A DNA stretch of 64,000 nucleotides, from positions 7,566,001 to 7,630,000 of the forward strand of contig NC_087249.1 of the NCBI RefSeq assembly GCF_037042905.1. The letters run 5' to 3'. The stretch is from Lytechinus pictus. Its lineage: Eukaryota. The position numbers and the translations under genes were made by a program. Below are positions 38,909 to 49,690 of this stretch, piece after piece. Below the pieces are notes generated by a model, which did not search any database, was not told the origin of the DNA, and saw only the letters and a program-made list of their open reading frames with translations. Position 1 is the first letter of the stretch. The number at the start of each line of letters is the position of its first letter.

Positions 38909-40008
38909 CTGTATAAAAATCATGAACACAAAACTTCACATAGACCTTTCCTGATTTTATTTCATCTTTTTTCCCCCACTAACATTCATTGAACAGACAA
39001 TTCAGATCATAATGTATGATAGAATATAAGAAGATTCGATTGACATAAACGACTCGGTAACAATTAGGTTAGAAGGGATCAGATTTTGATGAACATCTTA
39101 CAGAGATCTGGTGACTTTTGTGTCCACAAAGTTCTATACCTCTAAAGAGAGATTTACACTAATAATCTAACCAAGAAAAGGCAACACATCTTATATCACC
39201 AATTTCAAATGAAAGTTACTTAATTCTTTGAGCCAAAAGGGGCTAATAACCAACCGTTATAAAATCACAGTAACTGCCTCTCTTTCAGAAGGTGGCTCGA
39301 GCCTCCATGTAAGAGTTCAAGATGACAAGTGACTGACTTGGGTCCCGTAACACAAAGGTTAGCGATTGATATTACGATTGATGTTCACAATTGATTGTAA
39401 ATTGTGGTCAATGAATTAAATCGTAGATGAGGAATTGTTCTACGATCATTGCTAAGCTTTGTGTCACGGGCTCTTGGATGGTGTCTCATCAACTTTTTTT
39501 TTGTCCGAAAAATTGCCAGATCTGACAACTTTCTTTGACTTTGATTCGTCGAGAAGCAGTTTGCTAAGGTAACCCTGCTGCAAAGAACATAGTGTCACAC
39601 AATTGTGTTCACATTGTAGATTTAGGGAAGATGTGAGTCACGCTGTTGAAATGCTCAATTTAACAGTGTGAATATATTTTCACACTGTGGACACCTCGAC
39701 AGTGTTTGACTGTTCGCATGGTCGACTACGTGGATATGTGATTCACACTGTTGAAATGCTCAAATTAAACAGTGTGAAGGTGATATCACATTGTGTTCCA
39801 CACTGTGAACACACTGTGGAACGCACTGTGGGACACTGTGAACTTGTTGGATAAAACAGGACTTGTAAGATAAAACCTCAAGTCCTTTCATGAAGCGCTA
39901 TTTTGGTGTCCACATAGTGACCTTTCTGCTTTACGCTTGGGCCACAAATCCATGGAACTTAACTGGTGTAGTTTCCATTTTTTTAAACAGAAATGGGGAA
40001 AGACTTAC

Positions 40009-40178
40009 CCTGGAAGGCATTCGCCACACACTCGATTCTGTGTTAGCTGACATGTCTCGACCTCCTCTGTATTGGTACAGGTAACGCAAGGGGTGCAACG
40101 CTTCGAGGTGTCTAAAGAAAAGAAACCCTGTTGACAAGGTTGGCACGCTGCATCCCCATTTAAGCCGTTCCCACAATC
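40009..40178 (-). CDS. TNFR exon 3 (cassette 1, exon B1)
   Basis: gaccag|DCGNGLNGDAACQPCQQGFFSLDTSKRCTPCVTCTNTEEVETCQLTQNRVCGECLP GG|gtaagt; the CGxG..GDAxCxPC...CGxCLPG pattern of TNFRSF19/27. 170 nt, phase 0-2. Confidence 0.92.
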
Positions 40179-40319
40179 CTGGTCATAAAACATCAGTAAT
40201 TAACAATTAGTAAAAATAACAATACGTTTAACAACATTGAAGGATCTTGGAAGGGTCACATCCTTGAAAAGTCAGCATATTCAGACTATGTAACTTCTGA
40301 AGGTTTCCATGGCGAAGAA

Positions 40320-40475
40320 GAATAGTGTAGTAGGTTTCACGGTACACCATGTATTATATCTGTCTTTGGCAAATGTTGGTCCTTAAAAGGACCACCCAAA
40401 CTGGGTTTTAGGACCAACATTGGCCCAAAAAAGATACATGTACATGGTGTACCGTGAAACCTACTACATTATATT
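40320..40475. mobile_element. Short palindromic MITE in a TNFR intron
   Basis: TGTAGTAGGTTTCACGGTACACCATGTA ... TACATGGTGTACCGTGAAACCTACTACA inverted pair. Confidence 0.7.
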
Positions 40476-41357
40476 CAGACTGCTTTAATAGTACCCAATT
40501 TGCTCTTAAAAGCTAATTATCAGCCACCTTGATTAGCACCAGTTAAAACTCGGAGCTCAAGTCACAGACTTCTTTAATAGACCCCGATGCCTTGCCCAGA
40601 ATATAACATTTTGATCATCACAAAGAATAATAACAATCAAGTGATCCAGTCCTTATTTTCTTTTCTAATTATTATGATACCTTCATAGGAATGATGATAA
40701 CAGACGGGTACCCATGCAGTCCAAACACTCAAGTTTTTGGGGCAAAGTTAAACTTGGTCATCCCATTTCAGTTCATACTAAATATATATGATTCCTTTTT
40801 TTTTGCATGCATGCATGCATGAAGACTAAAACTCAGCTCATGAGCATATTTTATGAAAGGAAACTCCACTTAATTGACATCCTTGGAAGACCAAGTCCAT
40901 CTTCTAATCGAGAATCGAAACTGCATTTTTTTTTAAATTACCCTTGGTTTTACTTCAAAACCAGATCCTCCTTGCTAATGCACTTGAAAATATATTTTTT
41001 TGGTGCATCAATGAATCAATTTTCGCAACAACTACACATACGCTTTCTGAAACGTAGATAATCTATTGTCAGAAGCCCTTCATGACAAAGCAGCCTTTGT
41101 CGAAAATCGGTGAATCAAAACAGCAGTGTCTTCCCAGATTCTGGACAGACGACCCTCTCTTTTTTTGGTGCAATTTTTCGTCAGCTCCGAATCTTAGGAA
41201 GATCTGCTGTACCGGTTCACCAATTTTCGACAAAGACCTCTAAGCTGTCCATTGTGATTTGACGGGCATTTTCAATAGATTTTCCATGTTGTAGAATCCG
41301 TCCACGTTGCAACTGTCTTTTCGGTGTGACCAGAGCATATTTTTTTTGTCTAGATAC

Positions 41358-41483
41358 CTTATTAAGTTCCTCTCCAGCGGGACACTGTGGACACCGGATA
41401 CATGAAGCCCCATCTGCACTGACATAGTAGCCATTCCCATCGCAATCGTCGGCACAAATTGGTGGGGACGGGTTGTTACAGAA
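41358..41483 (-). CDS. TNFR exon 2 (cysteine-rich cassette 1, exon A1)
   Basis: ctgcag|FCNNPSPPICADDCDGNGYYVSADGASCIRCPQCPAGEELNK|gtatct; 126 nt, phase 0-0. Confidence 0.88.
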
Positions 41484-41878
41484 CTGCAGGAGAAATTTAA
41501 GAATATAGAATATTACAACGGAAAGTCATGAAATGGAAAAGGGCAAGAACAACGTTTTTTTAATAAAAAAGAGGATGAATTAAAAAAACTGCAGTTGTGT
41601 CAGAGATTGTTGATCGTTCCAAGTTACATAAAGACTATATACATGCACGTTGGCCACTCTCCACAATAGTGAGTTTTCGCTCAGCTACGAGGAATGAATC
41701 CTAAAACAGAGCAAATGATTTGAAAATGCAACTCAAATCACAATAAAGTCTATAAGTGGTGTGAATCGGAACAGCACTGAGTTTCGTCCGACGTTTCAGA
41801 GCTGACGAGATATCGTACATATGTCGTTTGTCCAGAGTCACCGGCTACGAAACTGCGGCTTCGATTCACCGACCCTTT

Positions 41879-42676
41879 ATTATTATTTATTTTTGTTTCT
41901 ATTATTATTATTATTTGTTTGGCATCACCTGTGCCTGGGAGGCGAAAAGCGAACTGAATCACTATGAACCGCAGGTCTCTCCTCCCGATGTAACTGATTG
42001 GGGGAGTGCAGGTGGACCACTACACCGGGGTTTTCCCCTTCACTTATACGAATAGTGCAGTGGGTTCTTAATGTGCAAAGGTGGTGACTCTCCTTTACAC
42101 AGGGCCTCCATTTAACGTCCTATCAGAGGAATGGAGTGTTTTCCACTGTAACATAGCCCCTATCATTGGAACAGGGGAGAGACGTATACACACAACGCAG
42201 GCTTCAGTTATCCACCTGGGATGGACTCGAACCCACGACATTTGGTTCGACAGGCAGACGCTTTACCGGTTTATTTCCAATTCGTTCAATTGCCAACTCG
42301 TCTACAATCATCAGGTGGTCCACTATCCACATGGTCTAACTGTCAATTCATCCACTCACTATTTCGTCTAATAACCAGTTGGTGCAATAGTCATTTAGTC
42401 CATATACAATTTGGTATAATTGGACAAAGTGTTAATTGTACAAAATGAATGAAAATGGAATAAATATTAGACCAACTGGTTATGAGACGAAATTGTCATT
42501 GACGAAATGGTGATTAGACGAAGTGATGATTGGACCAAATGGGTATTGGACCAAATGTTTGTTAGACGAAATGTTGATGGACGGAATGGCATTAGACTCA
42601 ATGAAATTAGACCATGTGGTGAGTGGACGAGTTGGCAGTAAACGAATTGGCAATTTACCGCTTTACCGACTGACCC
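41879..42676 (-). mobile_element. tRNA-derived SINE (family 3) whose head is interrupted by a MITE
   Basis: B box (GGACTCGAACCC on +) at ~42224-42235 and a (TAA)n tail near 41879-41915. The same 3' end recurs as a truncated + copy at 17251-17320. Confidence 0.75.
42268..42659. mobile_element. Non-autonomous DNA transposon with GGT-terminal TIRs and 8-bp TSD
   Basis: Ends GGTTTATTTCCAATTCGT...ACGAATTGGCAATTTACC; TSD GCTTTACC at 42260-42267 and 42660-42667; internal TTAGACGAAATG-like subrepeats. Confidence 0.85.
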
Positions 42677-44122
42677 TTGATAAAGACCTAATTTGACATG
42701 AGAGCATTTGACAATATGTTCTCTACCAACGACATAACCGGGGGCGAAACGAGAGAACAACACAATAGTTATGGGTTCATTTAATTTAAGAACGACATTT
42801 TAAACCATTCTTGATATTTAGATAAAATAGTACCCTTTAATACATCATAATACACGTAGGTCTTCCCTATTTTGACGCAGAAGACCCTAAATCCAAGGTG
42901 GTGTCAAATATCCCCCATGCACCTCTATTTTTACTGTCCATAGTTTCGTAAAATAACTAAGGTGTCATATGAAACCTTTCCTGTTCAAGTCCATTCCATT
43001 TGTATTATGAGATTATGAGAATATTTTTAAATTCAGGAGCAAAAACCGAGAATTCTGTTTTTTCAATGGTTTCTTTCTCATCCTCGTGTGATAGTCAACG
43101 AAGTATACAACTCTTTTGTAATGAACACTAAAGATGCAATACCCCCAGACAAAAGGTTTTGATATTGAAATTGACTGCAAAATGATTAATTATATTCTCA
43201 CAGCACGAATTTTTTCTGTTCCTTCACGCAACTGTGATTTCCAAATAAAAGATTATTCCGTGTAAAGGGATATTATAACAATGGAATGTTTTGGGTATGT
43301 TTTACAGACCGAAAACGTATGAACATACAACAGACCTGCTATCCAATTGACACAGCAGCGGATCACAGAAATGAAAAGATATAAATGAAGAAGTGATTGT
43401 AATAGAGAAGGAGCAGGGGCAAAAATGGGGCAGAGATAAAGACCAATAAAGATTATACAAATGTGTTCAAACCAGGAATCATGAAAACAAATCACAGGGG
43501 AGGGACGACCCTTTCCTATTGACTCTTGTACAGAATCTGAAAATCTAGGTGAGGGGTATCCCCCCCCCCCTTTCCCCAGGGCCAGCCGCTAATGGACCCA
43601 CAAACATTTTCCCGCACCCAAAGATTGTGCGACGAGGCGTGAAATTTGACAAATGTTCTTTTCATGCATTCACGCACCTCTGCTGATTGGAAATGAGGAA
43701 GTGAAATATGATTATTGTATCACGATTGTAAATACATGATTAATAGAATAATTGAATGAAGCAGAAATCGTGATGAGAAGTATTTACACATGAACCCTGA
43801 ACTAAAAAAACTCTGGTACACAATTCATACCCAGTAATGGGCCAAAGCGTGTATAGGATACACTTTTTCATAAACAGATGGGAAAATATTATGAAATTGA
43901 TTGTATATACAAAATAATACTGTTGGTCACTCGATCTTCATTCAGAAACAGGATTGTTTAGATCCATACTGTAAAAAAAATGGCAATTTACGTCTTGATA
44001 TGGCGATGTGACTATATCCAAATTGGATGTGGCATGTGCTGCACTTTCCGTCATTTTATGTCCCACATTTTTATGCTAGCTCGCTCCTCCCCTCCCGCTC
44101 TATCTGTCTTGTATCTTATTAT

Positions 44123-44143
44123 CAATCTATTTGCCTATCTATA

Positions 44144-44234
<91 letters not shown>

Positions 44235-44378
44235 ATGTCTATCTATCTATCTATCTATCTATCTGTCTGTCTATCTATCCATCCATCCATCCATCTATCT
44301 ATCTATCTATTTATCTATCTATCTAGTATCTATCTATCTATCTATCCATCCATCCATCCATCCATCCATCTATCTATC
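44123..44378. repeat. (TCTA)n/(TCCA)n microsatellite
   Basis: Seen directly. Confidence 0.95.
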
Positions 44379-44713
44379 AGCCTCTCTCCCTGCCCCCTCC
44401 CTGTCCTTTCCTCTCTCTAATTTTCTGCATAAACATCACTCGCTTTCCTCACCCATACTTTTCCTTTCCCATTTCATCATTAATTTGCTACGAGAAGTTC
44501 ACGTAATTTGAAAATTACATGATCTCCTTTTTTTTGTCTTTTTTACCTCTTTATTATCTTCAACAATTTTACAAAATTTTGATGAAAATGCCATGGGTCT
44601 TTAATATCAATATGCAGCATTCCTTGTACTTTTTTATTGCATGGAAATTTCAAAGATATGGGGTAATTATTTGAGATACTACGCATCGTTTTCAGACATC
44701 AGAGGGCTATTTA

Positions 44714-44875
44714 TACCTTGGTCACATTTGCTCTACGGCGGCCGTACGGCGAGTCGAAAACAGCCGTTTTATTAATTCTAATGCAAACCACCTATATATA
44801 GTTGGAACAAAAAATGTTAAAACGGCTGTTTTTGACTCGCCCTACGGCCGCCGTAGAGCAAATGTGACCAAGGTA
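44714..44875. mobile_element. Palindromic MITE with TTA target duplication (PIF/Harbinger-type)
   Basis: TACCTTGGTCACATTTGCTCTACGGCGGCCGTA... and its reverse complement at the other end; TTA at 44711-44713 and 44876-44878. Confidence 0.82.
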
Positions 44876-47787
44876 TTAGTGAGGGATATTTAGCCCAGTA
44901 TAGACCAGTATAGATACTTTCTCCATCTGTTTCTGAATTAAACTAGAAAACTGTGCTAAAAACTTGTCATGGTAGACTTAATATCTTGATTCTTTCAGTC
45001 CTAACAGTGCCCCCCAAATTTCTTGATTGCATCATAATATACCTGACATTCAATTCGGCGAAAACCAAAGTTCCAAATGAAGTATGGGCACAATCATGCA
45101 TTGCATGAACACATAATTTGTGCAAAATATGGCCTTCTGCAGATACCATAGTATACATGTAACTCTGAGCAAAGTTTGGTGAAAATTGTAAAGCTAAAAT
45201 ATGGTTGCCACAACTGCATGATGTCCTTGATATATTCCTTCGAACAACTTCATCGGCCTGCTTCCTCGTGTTGCAAAAAATACCGTTATAACTCATTACA
45301 ATACCGTATTTTGGCAGTCATTACCCAGACACTTTCTACAATGCACAAATTCCTTTGAAAATGCTAGTCAAATTACAATGGAGAGCTGAGAGGTTTTTGT
45401 CCGAATGGGTGGACCAGGAGAGCAGGTCGTCCTTAAAGATTCGGACAGGACGAAAAATCGCAATTTTATCGCTTGTCCATGCAGAGCCCATCCAGGACGA
45501 TACTGCTGTTTTGATTCACCGATTTTCGACAAAGGCTGTTTTGTCATTGAAGGGCTTTTGAAAAGATTCTCTGCGTTATAGAAAGCGTCTGAGTAGTGAC
45601 TGCAAAAATTCCCTGTTATCTCATTCTAGTATACAAATATCTACCCAGTAGAAATATATTGCAAATCCTAAAAATTGAGAATTATATATCAAATTAAAGG
45701 AGAAAATAGGAAGAACTCGATGGTGTAAATCATTTATCATGGAGACCGATGAAACTCAGTTAATTGATAGTTTAAAGTTCTCTCTCTGAATATGCTTCAA
45801 ACACGCAGAATTACGTCCGCGAAATTGGGGTTTTTTTATGACGTGCATGAGTGTACGAAAGACGTGATTGGCTCTCCCACGTAAGCTCCACTTGCATGCA
45901 AAACCTGTTGCGAGGGTACGTTTTCTCCACACTGTCATAATACTTCGATCACGAAATGAAAGAAAACCCAGAAGTTTATCTAGATTTGGATTTTCAAATT
46001 GATGATTTTGAAGATGAAGAGAATGAGGATGAAGTTTCTAGCTCTAGTGAACAAGAAAGTGACGTGGATGGAGGTAAATTAGGGGAATTACGCCGGTGAT
46101 GATGAGTCGGACAATTCAACTTGCATGCCGATTCGCTACCAACTCATGCCGCTGCTATAAACACTTAAAAAGATATGGATGGATCACTCTATTCAGAACC
46201 ATTGATATAATGGTTCTGTTCTTTCTACACTCTAAAAAATATTGGGTAAAATGCTCAATGAGGGTAATTATGCGTCCAACCAACATTGGGCATCGTTTAA
46301 TTTATCCAGTGTGATGAATATTTTGCCTAATCTAAAGTAATTGCTGCTCATTTTTTAACCTTACTGGACAATATGCTTCCCCCATTGGGTAAAATATTGC
46401 CCCAAATTGGTTGGACACATAATTACCCTCGTGCTGGTTAAAATTTTACCCAATATTTTTTTACAGTGTAGAGGTCTGAAGGCTTCATCAAATTCAAATG
46501 CAGAGTCGGATGTGGAAGTATACCCGACTGTTGAAAAAAATATAACAAAAACCTCTGCAGTATACTTTATCACCGCCGAATCCTATAAATGTATCAGAGA
46601 AAACAAAGTTGTTTCAGAAGTCAAATATAACTACAGACTATCATCTTTATTGAAGAAAATAATGTAGTACACATTCGTAGTACTCTTAACACAGAGGCAG
46701 CCCAGCAGACATGTTGTCAGGTTGAGAACTTAGTGGCCAACTCCCAGTTTTTAATTACTCAAAGCCTTGTTGCATTCTTGGTAACATTCCACGCAAATTA
46801 GTTAAGGCACATCAATATTCATATATATACAAATTAATATCACAAAGTATAACTGAATATTCAAATATACAAACAAAATATATATATTGACTATTCGAAC
46901 TATATGCAAATTATTATCTAAGCTCGAGTGCATCAACTTAACATTATAACCAATCAGAAGGAGAGAGGTGGAAGGAGAGGGAGAGTTAGAGAGAGAGAGA
47001 GGAGTGAAGAAAGCTGTACGAAGGATGGTGGAGTGAATTAATACAAAAGAACCTTGTGTGAGGAGTGTACAGCAGTTAATGTGTCAGGATGAAAAGGGTG
47101 AATATAAATGAGGGATGATCTAATATAAAAAGGGGATGATTCTTGAATAAGAGTGGAAAGAAATATAAGTACAAAATCAATCCCTTCAATAATGATTGCT
47201 TTAAATCAATCGTTATCTCAACTCCAATCACTTGAAAATATAATCACTACAATGGAGCATGTATAATATCGATCTATAGATCAAGTGAAATTGTAATCGC
47301 AACTCTCTTAAGTTCAATCCTTTATTCAATTGAATACGCTAAAAGATTTGGTAACAAGCCCGTAGCAAGGGGGGGGGGGGCTCGGGGGTTCGATCTAACC
47401 TCCCCCTAAAAATAAAATGGAAAGGAAAACAAATTTTCGGGGACGACTTTGTGCAATAATTTTCACTAAGAACCTTTTTTTTTTTTTTTTGCTTGTCAGA
47501 TTCATCGGCGACGAAGTGTTAAAGAATAACTACAGAATTAATCCTCAATTCAAAAATCACATTTTATTTCTTTGCTCGCTCGCATCATTTTTTGTAAGTT
47601 TTTTTTTTAACCAAAAAATGAATAGTGAACCGTGCAAATAAAAAACCCATAAACAAAATTTCACTGACAAAACCTCACTTCTCTCGATACTAGTGCCTCT
47701 TTACTGAACCACATGATCAAACGTTATGTATTGAATTACGGTATTAACTGCAATGGTATACATATATATAATTAATAATATGCTTAC

Positions 47788-47865
47788 CCTTCCTCTACTT
47801 AATACATGGGGAAGCGCATCCAGTAAGATGAATAGAAGAAATAATTTCAGAATCCCTCTATCCAT
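47788..47865 (-). CDS. TNF receptor superfamily gene (TROY/XEDAR-like), coding exon 1: signal peptide
   Basis: ATG at 47865; MDRGILKLFLLFILLDALPHVLSRGR|gtaagc; phase 0 fits the next exon. An acceptor ttttccgctcag| puts the exon start at 47903. Confidence 0.7.
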
Positions 47866-47986
47866 TTTTTAAGCTCCGATGATAACAGATCATGGTGAAA
47901 AATCTGAGCGGAAAACCAAAAAGTTAAATCAATATAACAAAACTGATACTATACAAATAGTTATGTGCAAAACATGTTATATTGTC

Positions 47987-48578
47987 TTAAAGGGGTACTC
48001 CGGGCAGAAAATATTTATATGTAAAATAAATATGTAGTAAAATTCACAGAGCAAAATACTGAAAATGTCATCAAAATCAGATAACAAATAACGAAATTAT
48101 TGAATTTTAACGGCTAGTAATATTTTGTGAAAACAGTTATGTGCATGTCGTCATGAATTTTCTTTAGGTGGGCTGATAATATCACATCCCCACTTTCCGT
48201 TTTCTTATGTTATTACATGAAATCATAACTTTTTCATTTTTTTCATGTGTGAATGATAATGTCTCCCTTATAATGAAATAAGTTGTAGCATATTGAATAT
48301 CTAATGCACTGAAGCAGTTGAAGCATCTATTTTTGTATGTTCTTGGTCGAAAAAAGTTGAATAAACACAATTTCTTTATATAAAATACAAAATAACAAGT
48401 GGGGATACATGTATCACATAAACAGTTTGCTCATTGAATGTTCACGAGGACATGCCTAGAACTGTTCATAACTCTGTTTTTCCTTGTCCGATTTTGATCA
48501 AATATTCAATGTTTTGTTTGTCCGTTTTTTCTTTATCTGTTCAAATCATATTATTTTCGGCCCGGAGTACCCCTTTAA
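47987..48578. mobile_element. TTAA-flanked MITE with perfect TIRs
   Basis: TTAA AGGGGTACTCCGGGC...GCCCGGAGTACCCCT TTAA; lies ~80 bp upstream of the TNFR signal-peptide exon. Confidence 0.85.
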
Positions 48579-49102
48579 CATGAATGATTAACTGACATCG
48601 TTCGTACCGATAGACACATTTCATGAGTATGAGTATGATTTCGATTATGATCATGATCATAATTATGGTTATAATTGTGATTGTCATTATGGTTATAATT
48701 ATCATTATGATATGTGGTTATGATTGTAATCGTGATCATGATTAAGATTATAATGATGATTATAGTTCTGGTTATGTTTATGATTATGATAATGATGACG
48801 ATTATGATTATGATTATGATTGGGACTATAATTATTATTATGATTATGACTTTGATCACCATTACTGTTATGATTATAAAACAAAGAATAATTTACCGTC
48901 AAGATCTCGATCTTCATTCTCTAAACAAGTTATTAACAATTGAATACTTGGCCTTACCATGCACATTTATGTTATAATCAGTGGTTAAAAACAACAATTC
49001 TACCGTTAAAAGCTCCTAGATTATGGTTTTGATTTTTGCTGAGATTAAAGTTGTCATATAAAGCTATTCTTTCCTGTTTTTATTTATATTCTATGTCTAT
49101 TT

Positions 49103-49113
49103 TACTACTACTA

Positions 49114-49173
<60 letters not shown>

Positions 49174-49270
49174 GCTACTACTGCTACTACTGCTACTACT
49201 GCCACTACTGCTACTACTACTGCTACAACTGCTACTACTGCTACTACTGCTACTACTACTGCTACTACTG

Positions 49271-49352
<82 letters not shown>

Positions 49353-49353
49353 C

Positions 49354-49385
<32 letters not shown>

Positions 49386-49465
49386 CACTACTGCTGCTAC
49401 TACTGCTACTACTACTGCTACAACTGCTACTACTGCTACTACTGCTACTACTACTGCTACTACTG

Positions 49466-49517
<52 letters not shown>

Positions 49518-49533
49518 CACTACTACTACTACC

Positions 49534-49566
<33 letters not shown>

Positions 49567-49690
49567 ACTACTACTACTAATACTACTTCTGCTACTACTG
49601 CTACTACTTCTGCTGCTGCTACTACTACTACTACTGCTGCTGCTACTACTGCTGCTGCTACTACTACTACTACTACTACTCACTACTACA
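49103..49690. repeat. (CTA)n/(CTG)n compound microsatellite
   Basis: Seen directly; abuts the 3' end of the Hero-like element. Confidence 0.95.
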
